This document shows positions 40,429 through 50,348 of a stretch of 64,000 bases of DNA, piece after piece (the first letter of the stretch is position 1; each line of letters starts with the position of its first letter). Under the pieces are notes generated by a model, which did not search any database, had not been told where the DNA came from, and saw nothing but the letters and a program-made list of their open reading frames with translations. Both the position numbers and the translations under genes were made by a program. Source of the DNA: an uncultured Rhizobacter sp. (GTDB lineage Bacteria; Pseudomonadota; Gammaproteobacteria; Burkholderiales; Burkholderiaceae_C); NCBI GenBank assembly GCA_966212105.1, contig CBIHPH010000004.1, positions 6,935 through 70,934 of the forward strand, given 5' to 3'.

Positions 40429-41670
40429 ATAGCGGCCCGGCTGTGGCCAGACGGTCAAGCCGTGAGGCTCCTGCCCGACCTTGACCTGGGACACTTCGCC
40501 CGTGGTCGTGTCAATCCGGTACACCGCATCGTCATAGCGCCCGGACAGCCACAACCATTTGCCATCGGCGCTCACGTTGCCCATGTCCGGGCTGCCCCCG
40601 CCAGGGATCGGCCAGGTGGCCACCACGCTCTCGGTCTTGAAATCGATCACATTGACTTGGCCCGGACCGCGGCGCGCGCCGTGGATCTTGTGCGTGCCAC
40701 GGTTGGCCACATAAAGCCGTGTTCCATCGCGACTGGGGTAGAGGCCGTGCGTACCGAGGCCCGTGGGAATGAAGCCGACTTGCTTCATCGCGTCACCGTC
40801 CACCACATGCACCCCGTCCGCTTCCATGTCCGCGATGTAGAAGCGCTTGCCATCGGGGGAGATGCGAATGTCCTGGGGCATGCCTCGCTTCGACGAGCAG
40901 ACTTCCGTCTCCGACGGATCGAAGGTCTTGGACGTGCGAGATTCCTTGAACCGGGTCTGGGGCATGGTCAACACCAGATAACCCACCACCTTCCTCTCGG
41001 CCAGGTCGATCTTGACGATGCTGCCTTCGAACTCGCAGGTGAAGATCGCGTGGCGGCCGTCGATCGAGAAGTCAGCATGATTGATGCCGCCGCATTGCGG
41101 CGTGCTGATCGAGTATTGCAAGGCCATCGAGCGCGGGTCGCGGAAATCCAGCCGCTTGAGGGCCTCGGCCACGACGATCGCCGACTTGCCATCGGGCGTG
41201 AAGTACAGGTTGTAAGGATCGTCCACCGGGACCGCGGTGCCGGGTTTGCCGGTGCGGGGGTCGATCGGTGTCAAGCTGCCATCGGGCCGGCGCTCCGCAT
41301 TGTTCGCCACCCACAAGGTCTGCAGATCCCACGAGGGCACCACGTGTTGGGGGCTGAGGCCGACCTTGAACTTGTCCACGACCTTCATCGTTGCGGGATC
41401 GATCACGTAGACGTCGTTCGAGCGCAGGTTGGGCACATAGACGCGCTCCAGGTGGTCACGCACACCCGGCTGCAGATTGGCTGGTGCGATGCCGTCGTAC
41501 ACATTGGGCGTCTGCGCGACGGCTGGCTTGGCCGGCTCGGCCGCGCTGGCCGGGGCCGCTGCCGGAGCGGCCTTGCCAGGAGTCTTGGAAATGAGCAGCC
41601 GGCCGGCGGCCACGGCGACGCCGGCCAGCAGCAAGACGATGGCAGCACGACGGGCAAAGGTAGATTTCAT
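40399..41670 (-). CDS. Exported YncE/YVTN-family beta-propeller protein
   Basis: N-terminal signal/anchor; repeated blades RVYVPN...VYVID, LWVANN, FTPDGK, ISPDGKRFYIAD, SRDGTRLYVANRG and VGQEPHGL. Confidence 0.85.
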   Translation of the reverse strand: MKSTFARRAAIVLLLAGVAVAAGRLLISKTPGKAAPAAAPASAAEPAKPAVAQTPNVYDGIAPANLQPGVRDHLERVYVPNLRSNDVYVIDPATMKVVDKFKVGLSPQHVVPSWDLQTLWVANNAERRPDGSLTPIDPRTGKPGTAVPVDDPYNLYFTPDGKSAIVVAEALKRLDFRDPRSMALQYSISTPQCGGINHADFSIDGRHAIFTCEFEGSIVKIDLAERKVVGYLVLTMPQTRFKESRTSKTFDPSETEVCSSKRGMPQDIRISPDGKRFYIADMEADGVHVVDGDAMKQVGFIPTGLGTHGLYPSRDGTRLYVANRGTHKIHGARRGPGQVNVIDFKTESVVATWPIPGGGSPDMGNVSADGKWLWLSGRYDDAVYRIDTTTGEVSQVKVGQEPHGLTVWPQPGRYSLGHTGNLR

Positions 41671-41687
41671 TGGAGTTCTGATGAGGA

Positions 41688-42500
41688 TCACCGGTGCGGG
41701 CGCACCGTGGCAGATTGAATGGCAGCGACCGACGCTTCGACGATGGCCTTCACGCCGAGTTGACCGAGCGCTGCCGTGGCGGCGGCGGGATTTCCGTCCA
41801 CACCGTCGGCAGCGCCATGGCGTGCGGCGGTGGAAAGTCGCTCCGTCCGGACCAGGGACTTGTCGACGGCCAGCGAGAGCGACGTGTCGGCCAGCCCCGC
41901 ATGCCGGCCGATCTCGGCATCCGCATGGCCCTTTTGATGAAGGGCGGTCACGTAGGCCCCCTGCGTGGCGTCGTAGTAGGCAAGCAGCGCATGCACGCGG
42001 CAGCTGTCGCCGCCATGCCATTCTCGGTTGAGCCGGTCTGCCACATGCTGTTCAGCACGCTGGTACCCGCCGTGATCTCCGAGGAACACGACGTCCCGGA
42101 ATCCATGCTGCTTGAAACTGCGCGCCGTGGCCTCCAGCAAGGATTCGAAGGTCGCCTCCGGGATCGAGATCGTGCCGGGAAAGCGCATGTGCCCTGCGGG
42201 TGGGCTGATCGAACCCTCGGGCACATAACTGATGACGGGCGCGACGATGGCATTGCCCAGCCGCGTGGCGATGTCGGCCGCCAGGACGCGGGCGCGCACA
42301 TTGTGCTTGCCGAGCACCATGTGGGGTCCGCTTTGCTCCGTCCCGCCGATGGGCACCAGGACGGTCGTGGCACCGGCCGCGATCCGGTCACGCAGTTCCG
42401 TCCAGGTCAGCTGCTCCAACTCGACGGATTGGGCCTGCGCGGAAGTGGTGGCGATGACGGCGCACGCCACGACCAGGAGCATGGTGAGCCAGGACCGCAT
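41688..42500 (-). CDS. Creatininase-family amidohydrolase with signal peptide
   Basis: LEQLTWTEL...VLVPIGGTEQSGPH...HMRFPGTISI...GDHGGY...HAGLADTS. Confidence 0.87.
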   Translation of the reverse strand: MRSWLTMLLVVACAVIATTSAQAQSVELEQLTWTELRDRIAAGATTVLVPIGGTEQSGPHMVLGKHNVRARVLAADIATRLGNAIVAPVISYVPEGSISPPAGHMRFPGTISIPEATFESLLEATARSFKQHGFRDVVFLGDHGGYQRAEQHVADRLNREWHGGDSCRVHALLAYYDATQGAYVTALHQKGHADAEIGRHAGLADTSLSLAVDKSLVRTERLSTAARHGAADGVDGNPAAATAALGQLGVKAIVEASVAAIQSATVRPHR

Positions 42501-42693
42501 CGTCAGTTCCGGGTGAGGCAGGCAGGGCGGTTCGGAATTCTGGTGTGGGTGGGGCGGTTCACTTGGTCGGGCCTGCGAAATCCATCCAAGCGATTATTGC
42601 CGCTTCCACGGCCGGGCAGGTGCCTACCTCGTCACGCCCCGGCTTTTGCAGGCCGAGGGCTGGCAGCCGTTGAGCGATGGCATGGCTCCAGAT

Positions 42694-42719
42694 GTCATAC
42701 CGACGAAAGTCGGTACCCA
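42694..42719 (+). repeat. Single REP copy
   Basis: GTCATACCGACGAAAGTCGGTACCCA is the exact reverse complement of the REP at 10326-10351. Confidence 0.9.
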
Positions 42720-42795
42720 CTGGTCCAGCGGCACGGATTCCCTCTGCGGCCTGAGCTTTTGTGGCGACCGCAGCTGCAATCGCTGGAAATCGAAC

Positions 42796-43887
42796 TCACA
42801 CGTTGAACAGGAAGTTCAGCACGTCCCCGTCCTTGACGACGTAGTCCTTGCCTTCGGCGCGCATCTTGCCGGCGTCCTTGGCTCCCTGCTCGCCCTTGTA
42901 GGCGACGAAGTCGGCGAAGGCGATGGTCTGCGCGCGGATGAAGCCGCGTTCGAAGTCGGTGTGGATGACGCCAGCCGCCTGCGGCGCGGTGTCGCCGATG
43001 TGGATCGTCCAGGCGCGCACCTCCTTCACGCCGGCGGTGAAATAGGTCTGCAGGCCGAGCAGCGAGAAGCCGGCGCGGATCAGGCGGTTCAGGCCCGGCT
43101 CGGACTGGCCCATCTCCTGCAGGAACATCAGCCGGTCCTCTTCCTCCATCTCCGAGAGCTCCGCTTCGGTCTTCGCGCAGATGGCGACCACCGGGGCCTT
43201 CTGGCTCTCGGCGTACGCGCGCAAGCGGTCAAGGTACGGGTTGTTCTCGAAACCGCCTTCGTCGACGTTGCCGACGAACATGGCCGGCTTGGCCGTGATC
43301 AGGCACAAGGGCTTGATCAGCGCCAGATCGTCCTTGCTCAGGCCGAGCGAACGCACCGGCTTGGCCTCGTTCAGGGCCGCCTGCACTTTCTCGAGCACGG
43401 CGACGAGCTTGAGCGCGTCCTTGTCGCCCGCGCGGCCGAGTTTCTGCGCGCGCTGCACGGCTTTCTCGACGGTGCCGAGGTCGGCCAGGCACAGCTCGGT
43501 CTGGATGACCTCGATGTCGGCGATGGGGTCGACCTTGCCGGCCACATGGACGACGTTGTCGTCGTCGAAGCAGCGCACCACGTTGACGATGGCGTCGGTT
43601 TCGCGGATGTGGGCGAGGAACTGGTTGCCGAGGCCTTCACCCTTCGATGCGCCGGCCACGAGGCCCGCGATGTCGACGAATTCGACGATGGCCGGGACGA
43701 TGCGCTCGGGTTTGACGATGGCCGCAAGGTCCTGCAGGCGGGGGTCGGGCAGCTCGACGATGCCGACGTTCGGTTCAATCGTGCAAAAGGGGTAGTTTTC
43801 GGCCGCGATGCCCGCCTTGGTGAGGGCGTTGAAGAGGGTGGACTTGCCGACGTTGGGCAGGCCCACGATGCCGCATTTGAGGCTCAT
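42796..43887 (-). CDS. ychF: Ribosome-binding ATPase YchF
   Basis: [53 protein letters not shown] and [13 protein letters not shown]. Confidence 0.98.
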   Translation of the reverse strand: MSLKCGIVGLPNVGKSTLFNALTKAGIAAENYPFCTIEPNVGIVELPDPRLQDLAAIVKPERIVPAIVEFVDIAGLVAGASKGEGLGNQFLAHIRETDAIVNVVRCFDDDNVVHVAGKVDPIADIEVIQTELCLADLGTVEKAVQRAQKLGRAGDKDALKLVAVLEKVQAALNEAKPVRSLGLSKDDLALIKPLCLITAKPAMFVGNVDEGGFENNPYLDRLRAYAESQKAPVVAICAKTEAELSEMEEEDRLMFLQEMGQSEPGLNRLIRAGFSLLGLQTYFTAGVKEVRAWTIHIGDTAPQAAGVIHTDFERGFIRAQTIAFADFVAYKGEQGAKDAGKMRAEGKDYVVKDGDVLNFLFNV

Positions 43888-43954
43888 GGTGTGATGGCGC
43901 GGACGCGCGGTGAATGGGTGCTGCCGCCGGAATGGACGGTGCAAACCGCGTATT

Positions 43955-45799
43955 TTACGGGCGCTCGCGCACCTCCACCGCCCGCGTGACGGCGCGCAGC
44001 AACTGCACCCGCGAGACGGGTTTCACGAGCACTTCATCCATGCCTGCCTGCAGGCAGGCCGCGCGGTCTTCGGAGAACGCATGGGCGGTCATGCCGATCA
44101 CGGGCAGTTCTTGCGCCGCTTGGCCGGCGATGCCGGCGCGCATGCGGCGGGTGGTCTCGAGCCCGTCCATGCCGGGCATGAGCCAGTCCATCAGCACCAC
44201 GTCGTAACCGCCGCTGGCCAGTGCTTCCAGGGCCGCCGGGCCCGAATGCACGGTGTGCACTTCGATGGACGCCCCACGCAGCATCTGTTCGGCGATCATG
44301 GTGTTGATCGGATCATCGTCCACGAGCAGGGCCCGCACGCCGCCCAGCCCTTCTTCGAACGGTGCCGTGCTGCTCATCGTGTCGCGCCATGGTGCATCGC
44401 TGATGGGCAGCGGCAACTGGAGTTGCACGCGCGTGCCGACGCCTGGTTGGCTGTCCAGCATGATCCGCCCTCCCATGAGCGTGACCAGTTGCCGGGTGAT
44501 GGCCAGGCCGAGCCCGGTGCCGGCGAAGCGCCGCGTGCTGCCGCTGTCGGCCTGGTGGAAGGCCTCGAACACCCGGGCCAGTTCGTTCGGTGCGATGCCG
44601 ATGCCGGTGTCCTGGATGCGCAGCAGCAGTTCGCCGCGGGGCGGGTCGTAGTCCACCTCGAGGCTCACGCTGCCATGGTCGGTGAACTTGAGGGCGTTGC
44701 CGAGCAGGTTGAGCAGCACCTGCTTGAGGCGGAATTCATCGCCGTGCACGCACTCCGGCAACCTGGCGGATGCCCGGTAGTGGAGCTTGAGGGATTTCGC
44801 CTGGGCCTGGGGCTCCATCGTGTCGCGCACGTCGGCCAGGCAGGTGTGCAGATCGAAGCCCTCGTTGAAGATCTCCACGCGGCCGGCTTCGATGCGGGAG
44901 AGGTCCAGCACGTCGTTGATCAGGTGCAGCAAGTGGGTGCCGCCGCGGCGCACTGCTTCGATCAAGGCGGCGCGCTGCTGCGGGGGCGTGGCTTGGTCGC
45001 GCAGCAGGTCGGCCGCGCCGAGCACGCCATGCAGCGGCGTGCGCAGTTCGTGGCTCATCGTGGCGAGGAAGCGCGATTTCGCCTCGGAGGCCTGCTGCGC
45101 GGCATCGCGGGCGAGTTCCAGGTCGCGCATGCGGTGGGCGACGAATTCGTTGACCGTGAAGGGCTCGCCGGTGCCCTCTTGTTTGGCGGGGCTGAGCTGG
45201 ATGAGGCGGCTGAGTTGCCTCGCGATGCCGAAGAGCACGATGCCCAGCAAGGCCTGGGCGAATCCACCATGGAGGTACAGCGGCCAGAGCACATCGTGCC
45301 AGCCCGGCATGGGCGTGCCGTGCCACTGCACCAGCACGGCAGGCAGGGTGGACAGCGCCGTGATGGCCAGGCTCAGGCCCCAGGCCGTGGCGGCCGGCCA
45401 TGTGACGAAGAGCAGCAGGTGCAGGCCCATGACCCAGTACGAGCGGGATGTGGCGGCATACAGGCCGATCTGCTGGGCCACGAGCAACGCATAGGCGATC
45501 GTGCCGACAAGGTAGGCGCTCAGCCCCAGCGTGACGAGGCCTTGCGTCAGCAGCAGTTTGGAGGGGCGCCACCACACGAGCAGCGCGAGCCCGGTGAACC
45601 AGCCGATCAGCAGAGGGTAGGTGAAGCGGTCCGACTGCGCCAGCAGGCCGGCGGCATTTTCGGCAGCCCAGACGACGGCCACGCACCCCGCCAGCAGCAA
45701 GAACAGCCATGCAGCCGCACGCTGAGTGACCAGTGTCAGCCTCGGCGCCGTGTCGGACGCCTGGGCCCGCTGGGCTGGGGAGGGTTGCGTGCGTTGCAT
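43955..45799 (-). CDS. Membrane hybrid sensor histidine kinase / response regulator (start uncertain)
   Basis: Multi-TM N-terminus, [37 protein letters not shown] and a C-terminal REC ([11 protein letters not shown]). Confidence 0.92.
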   Translation of the reverse strand: MQRTQPSPAQRAQASDTAPRLTLVTQRAAAWLFLLLAGCVAVVWAAENAAGLLAQSDRFTYPLLIGWFTGLALLVWWRPSKLLLTQGLVTLGLSAYLVGTIAYALLVAQQIGLYAATSRSYWVMGLHLLLFVTWPAATAWGLSLAITALSTLPAVLVQWHGTPMPGWHDVLWPLYLHGGFAQALLGIVLFGIARQLSRLIQLSPAKQEGTGEPFTVNEFVAHRMRDLELARDAAQQASEAKSRFLATMSHELRTPLHGVLGAADLLRDQATPPQQRAALIEAVRRGGTHLLHLINDVLDLSRIEAGRVEIFNEGFDLHTCLADVRDTMEPQAQAKSLKLHYRASARLPECVHGDEFRLKQVLLNLLGNALKFTDHGSVSLEVDYDPPRGELLLRIQDTGIGIAPNELARVFEAFHQADSGSTRRFAGTGLGLAITRQLVTLMGGRIMLDSQPGVGTRVQLQLPLPISDAPWRDTMSSTAPFEEGLGGVRALLVDDDPINTMIAEQMLRGASIEVHTVHSGPAALEALASGGYDVVLMDWLMPGMDGLETTRRMRAGIAGQAAQELPVIGMTAHAFSEDRAACLQAGMDEVLVKPVSRVQLLRAVTRAVEVRERP

Positions 45800-45920
45800 A
45801 CGGAGAAGATTCTCCGGGGGGTGCGCATGGCGAGGTGCACGCCGTGTGCTTCGCAAGGCAAAGTTCCGTGACAGATTGCTCGCTGGCGAGGCCGTTTTGC
45901 GCCAGGGCCGGCGAGCGCAT

Positions 45921-48344
45921 TCACTTCAGCAGGTCGCGCAAGCGCCGCTTGAGTTCGTCTTCGGGTCGCCGGGCTTCGCCTTCGGGCGCGCTGGCGGCGC
46001 GCGGCGGCAAGCCGAGCCGCTTGTTCAGTTCGTCCTTGAGCTGTTCCTCGACCTTCTTGCCGACCCGGCTCTTCAAGACGTCCGCCGCCACTTCCGACCA
46101 GCGGATGCGCCAGGCAACTGCATCGAGTGGGCCGGTGAGGTGCACCGGAATGGTGACGCCGCGCAGCTCTGCCAGTTCGGCGCCGCCCTGGCCCTTGGTG
46201 GTGTCCGCCACGCTGGTGCGCACGGTGTAGTCGATGCGGCTGTTCGGGATGTCGACCAGCCCCTCCCCGGCGAGGCGCAGGAACGGGCTCTTGACGTTGA
46301 GGTCTCTGTTGCGCGCGATGCCATCGGTGATCGCGAAGGTGGCGCTCAACTCGGAGAAATCGGTTTTTTCCGTCGCGTTGGCGCGGGCGTCCACATCCGC
46401 ATTGGCGGACAGTGCCGCGCGCACCTGACGCAGTTGCTTCGCGAGGTTGATTCCCTTGATTGCACCATCGCGCACCTGCAGGGCGGCCTGGCCGTGCAGT
46501 CTTGATTTCAGCTGGCCCACGGTGCGGCCGGTGCTGCCAAGGTCGAACGACACACGGCCGCGCCCTTCGAGCAGGTCTTTGTCCGCGACGTCCTTGAGCA
46601 GCGCTTCGATGTCCACGCTGTTGGCGACCCCCTTGAGCGCCATGCGGTTGGCGCCTGCATCTGCCTGCGCACTCAAGTCCAACCGTCCCTTCCACAGGTC
46701 CGCGGCGAAGGGATCCACCTGCAACACGCCGCCGGCGAGCCGGGCGTTCACGGCGAGGTTGGCCGCCCGATATTGGCGGAATGCGAATGTGCCGGCGTGA
46801 AGACTGAACCGGCCCTGCAGCGATCGCAGCGGGGAGAGATCGATTGGCAGCGCGTCGCCACCGGGAGCGGCGCCCGATGGGGCAGGCCCGGCCGGTGCAG
46901 AGGCGGCCGGGAGCAGGCGGTTCAGGTCGAGGGCCTTGAAATTGGCCGAGGCCGTGATGGCCATCGGCTTGCCATCGAGGCGCACCTGGCCTTCGGTGTC
47001 GAAGGGGTTGGTGTTGATGTCGCCCGAGAGCTTCCAGGACGCGTCCCGGGCAGACGCGCCGGCCCGGCCGCCCGCATTGAGCATGAGCGGTTGCAGCGAG
47101 GGTTCGTCGATCCGCAGCCTGGCTGCCAGTGCATCGATCGACAGCGCGAGGGCCTTGACATCGAGCCGCAGGTCCGACCGGATGGTGCCGCTCAGGCGCC
47201 GCGGGCCGCTGCTTCCTTTCAGCGTGGTTTCGAACGCGGGCACCTCGATGCGTTCGAAGTTGCCCCTCGGGGCGGCCGATTGGAAGGTCGCATCCAGGGC
47301 CGTGGGCCCCTGCAGCGTGATGGCACCCGTCACCGGCCCGCCGCCCAGCGTACTGCCCTTGACCAGGAGCGTGGGCCAGTCGAGGTCCACTTTCATCGGA
47401 TGGCCGTCGCGCCTGCCGGCGATGCGCAGTTTCAACTGGTCGAGCGACAGTTGCTGCCGGGCCGGATCATGGCTGAATGATTTGACCGACGCCTGCGAGC
47501 CCTCGAGGCGCAGGGCGCCGAACACGGCGCCGATGCGGGCGTCGAGGCGATCGGCTGCCAAGGTGCCTGCGGTGCCGTTGTACGCCAATGCGCCCGTGAC
47601 CTTCATGTCGAGTGCCTTGATGCCGAACGCATCGCCGGCCCAGGCGAGTTGCATGTCGCGCAGCGCCACGGCGCGTGCCTTCAGGTCCAGCTTGAGCAGC
47701 GTCTTGCCGGTCAGGCGGCCCGCCAGCGCCGGCTGTCCGAAGGCGAACTGGGCGTCGAGTTCGACAGGCGATTCATGCTGATCCGCGAGCCGGCCCGTGC
47801 TGAAGTGGTGGACGGCCATGTCGCCTTCGACTTGAGCGACCGCATCGTGCACGGTGAGCCGAAGGTCCTCGAAATGCACGGCCTGAACATCGAACGCGAG
47901 GGCCTCGCCCTGCGGGCCGCCTTCGGCCGCCGGTTCACGCTTTTTGTCGAGCAGGTCGTCGATGTTCGATGTGCCATCCGCGGCCCGCCGGTACGAGGCC
48001 CGCAAACCCCGGGCGGCGATGCGGTCCACCTCAAGGCGCTTGCGCAGCAACGGCAACACGGCAACCGACAAAGACACTTCATCGAGTTGCGCGAACCGCG
48101 CGGGCTTGTCACGCTCGCTCAGGGCGACCCCGGACAGCTGCACCGAGAGCCGCGGAAACACCGACAGCCGGATGGGCCCGTCGATCACAAGCTCGCGGTG
48201 ACGTTCCGTTTTCATCCAGTCGATCGCGAGGCCCTTGTAGGCATTGGGATCGAAGGTGGCCAGGAGCCACGCGAGGACGGCCGCGATCAGTGCCATCACC
48301 CCGCCGAGCACGAACAAAACCTTGCGGAAGCGGGTAGTCGCCAT
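45921..48344 (-). CDS. AsmA-family protein
   Basis: N-terminal TM, FDPNAYKG...IDGPIRLSVFPRL, beta-rich body and C-terminal DGAIKGINL...TDFSELSATF. Confidence 0.88.
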   Translation of the reverse strand: MATTRFRKVLFVLGGVMALIAAVLAWLLATFDPNAYKGLAIDWMKTERHRELVIDGPIRLSVFPRLSVQLSGVALSERDKPARFAQLDEVSLSVAVLPLLRKRLEVDRIAARGLRASYRRAADGTSNIDDLLDKKREPAAEGGPQGEALAFDVQAVHFEDLRLTVHDAVAQVEGDMAVHHFSTGRLADQHESPVELDAQFAFGQPALAGRLTGKTLLKLDLKARAVALRDMQLAWAGDAFGIKALDMKVTGALAYNGTAGTLAADRLDARIGAVFGALRLEGSQASVKSFSHDPARQQLSLDQLKLRIAGRRDGHPMKVDLDWPTLLVKGSTLGGGPVTGAITLQGPTALDATFQSAAPRGNFERIEVPAFETTLKGSSGPRRLSGTIRSDLRLDVKALALSIDALAARLRIDEPSLQPLMLNAGGRAGASARDASWKLSGDINTNPFDTEGQVRLDGKPMAITASANFKALDLNRLLPAASAPAGPAPSGAAPGGDALPIDLSPLRSLQGRFSLHAGTFAFRQYRAANLAVNARLAGGVLQVDPFAADLWKGRLDLSAQADAGANRMALKGVANSVDIEALLKDVADKDLLEGRGRVSFDLGSTGRTVGQLKSRLHGQAALQVRDGAIKGINLAKQLRQVRAALSANADVDARANATEKTDFSELSATFAITDGIARNRDLNVKSPFLRLAGEGLVDIPNSRIDYTVRTSVADTTKGQGGAELAELRGVTIPVHLTGPLDAVAWRIRWSEVAADVLKSRVGKKVEEQLKDELNKRLGLPPRAASAPEGEARRPEDELKRRLRDLLK

Positions 48345-48437
48345 GGGTCGCCGGGCCCGGTTCGCAACCGGAGCGAGTGGGAACCCGGGCATTGTGCCCA
48401 GGCGCAGAGGCCCTCCATGCGTCTCTACAATGGCGCA

Positions 48438-49541
48438 ATGAAACGTCATGACGTGTGTGTGCGCGGCGCAGGCATCGTGGGTCGCAGCCTGGCGCTGTCG
48501 CTGGCCCGGCTCGGGCTGCAAGTCGCCCTCGTTGCGGAGCCCCCGGCGCCCGCCCGGGTGGACGTGCGGGCTTACGCACTCAATGCCGCATCCGTGGCCC
48601 TCCTGCGAACGCTGAAGGTGTGGGACGCGCTGCCGCCTCACGCCGCCACCGCGGTGCACGACATGCATGTCGAAGGCGATGCCTCCGGCGTGCTCGAATT
48701 CTCCGCATGGCAGCAGCAGGTGTCCGAACTCGCATGGATCACCGATGCAGCGCTGCTCGAACAGGCGCTCGATGCCGCCGTGCGGTATGCGCCGCATGTG
48801 TCGGTCGTCCCGGCACCGGTGGATGCCGATCTGGTGGCCATCTGCGAAGGCAGGCGTTCGGCCGGGCGGGAGGATCTGCACGTGGTCTTCGAACGCCATG
48901 ACTACGGCCACCGTGCCATCGCCGCGCGGCTGTCGACCACGGTTGCGCATCGCAACGTGGCTCGGCAGTGGTTCCGTTCGCCCGATGTCCTCGCCTTGCT
49001 GCCGTTCGATCAGCCCATGCCCGACCATGGGTTCGCGCTGGTCTGGTCACTGCCCGAGGAACGGGCGCAGGAACTGCTCGCGCTGGACGCGCCGGCGTTC
49101 GAGGCAGCCCTCAACGATGCGACGCACGGCGCCGCCGGCACGCTCGCCCTGGCCGGCGAGCGCGCCTCCTGGCCGCTGATGCAGGCTCGTGCGCAGGCGT
49201 GGAGCGGTGCCGGCTGGGTGCTGCTCGGCGATGCTGCGCACGTGGTGCACCCGCTGGCAGGGCAGGGGCTCAATCTCGGCCTGGCCGACGTCATCGCGCT
49301 GACCCGGGTGATCTCCGAACGCGAACCCTGGCGCACCGTGGGTGATGCCCGGCTGTTGCGGCGTTACGAACGCGCGCGTGACCTCCCCACCCGGGCGATG
49401 GGCCAATTGACCGACGGATTGCTGCATTTGTTCGCAGGATCCCAAGGGCCCCTGCGGGAACTTCGCAATCGAGGAATGGGTCTGGTCAATCAACTGCCCC
49501 CGTTGAAGCGCTGGCTCACGGCGCGCGCCCTCGACTTCTGA
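48438..49541 (+). CDS. UbiH/UbiF/UbiI-family FAD-dependent hydroxylase
   Basis: GAGIVG, DVRAYAL, ARQWF and LLGDAAHVVHPLAGQGLNLGLAD motifs. Confidence 0.9.
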   Translation: MKRHDVCVRGAGIVGRSLALSLARLGLQVALVAEPPAPARVDVRAYALNAASVALLRTLKVWDALPPHAATAVHDMHVEGDASGVLEFSAWQQQVSELAWITDAALLEQALDAAVRYAPHVSVVPAPVDADLVAICEGRRSAGREDLHVVFERHDYGHRAIAARLSTTVAHRNVARQWFRSPDVLALLPFDQPMPDHGFALVWSLPEERAQELLALDAPAFEAALNDATHGAAGTLALAGERASWPLMQARAQAWSGAGWVLLGDAAHVVHPLAGQGLNLGLADVIALTRVISEREPWRTVGDARLLRRYERARDLPTRAMGQLTDGLLHLFAGSQGPLRELRNRGMGLVNQLPPLKRWLTARALDF

Positions 49542-49550
49542 AAGCAAACG

Positions 49551-50276
49551 ATGAAACACCACCTTTCGAGCCGCCTGCTCGCCTTGTCCGCCGGCCTCCT
49601 GGCCAGTACGCTGGCCATGGCCGATGAAGCCGCCATCCGCAAGAACCTGCCCGAGCGCCTGGGCAACATGCCGCCCATCGACGAGGTCACCAAGACCGAG
49701 ATTCCCGGCCTCTACGAAGTGCGCCTGGGCTCCGAAATCATCTACTCGGACGAGCAGGGCAATTTCGTCATCGAGGGCAGCCTGCTCGACACCCGCTCGC
49801 GCAAGGACCTGACCAAGGCAAGGCAGGAAAAGCTTTCGGCGTTTGAATTCGACAAGCTGCCGATGAAGGATGCCATCGTGTGGAAGAACGGCACGGGCGC
49901 GCGCAAGCTCGTGGTGTTCTCGGACCCCAACTGCGGCTATTGCAAGCGCCTGGAGGTGGACCTGCAAAAGCTCAAGAATGTCACGGTGTACACCTTCCTG
50001 ATCCCGGTGCTGGGAGCCGATTCGAGCGAGAAATCGAAGAACATCTGGTGTTCGAAGGACCAGGCCAAGGCATGGCTCGGCTGGATGCTCGAGGGCAAGG
50101 CGCCGGTGCGCAACATGGGCGCATGCGAAACCCCGCTTGACCGCAACCTGGCGCTGAGCCGCAAGCACCGTGTCAACGGCACGCCGGCGCTGGTCTTTTC
50201 AGACAACACCCGCGTGTCCGGGGCCATCGGCGCGGACGAAATCGAGAAGCGGCTGGCCGTCTCTTCGAAATCCTGA
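49551..50276 (+). CDS. dsbC: Thiol:disulfide interchange protein DsbC
   Basis: Signal peptide, IPGLYEV, FSDPNCGYCK and VNGTP. Confidence 0.92.
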   Translation: MKHHLSSRLLALSAGLLASTLAMADEAAIRKNLPERLGNMPPIDEVTKTEIPGLYEVRLGSEIIYSDEQGNFVIEGSLLDTRSRKDLTKARQEKLSAFEFDKLPMKDAIVWKNGTGARKLVVFSDPNCGYCKRLEVDLQKLKNVTVYTFLIPVLGADSSEKSKNIWCSKDQAKAWLGWMLEGKAPVRNMGACETPLDRNLALSRKHRVNGTPALVFSDNTRVSGAIGADEIEKRLAVSSKS

Positions 50277-50348
50277 TGCACGATCGGCGGCATGGACCGG
50301 TTGGCGGCGGGTGACAATGCCCGCAACGCCACACGGAACCGCCCGCCG

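Noticed and set aside
42630..42660. Additional REP copy GTCACGCCCCGGCTTTTGCAGGCCGAGGGC
   Set aside because: Too degenerate to assign to the family with confidence.
16228..42790. Intact prophage or integrative element at the tRNA
   Set aside because: No integrase, phage or conjugation genes, and no convincing repeat of the tRNA 3' end was seen.
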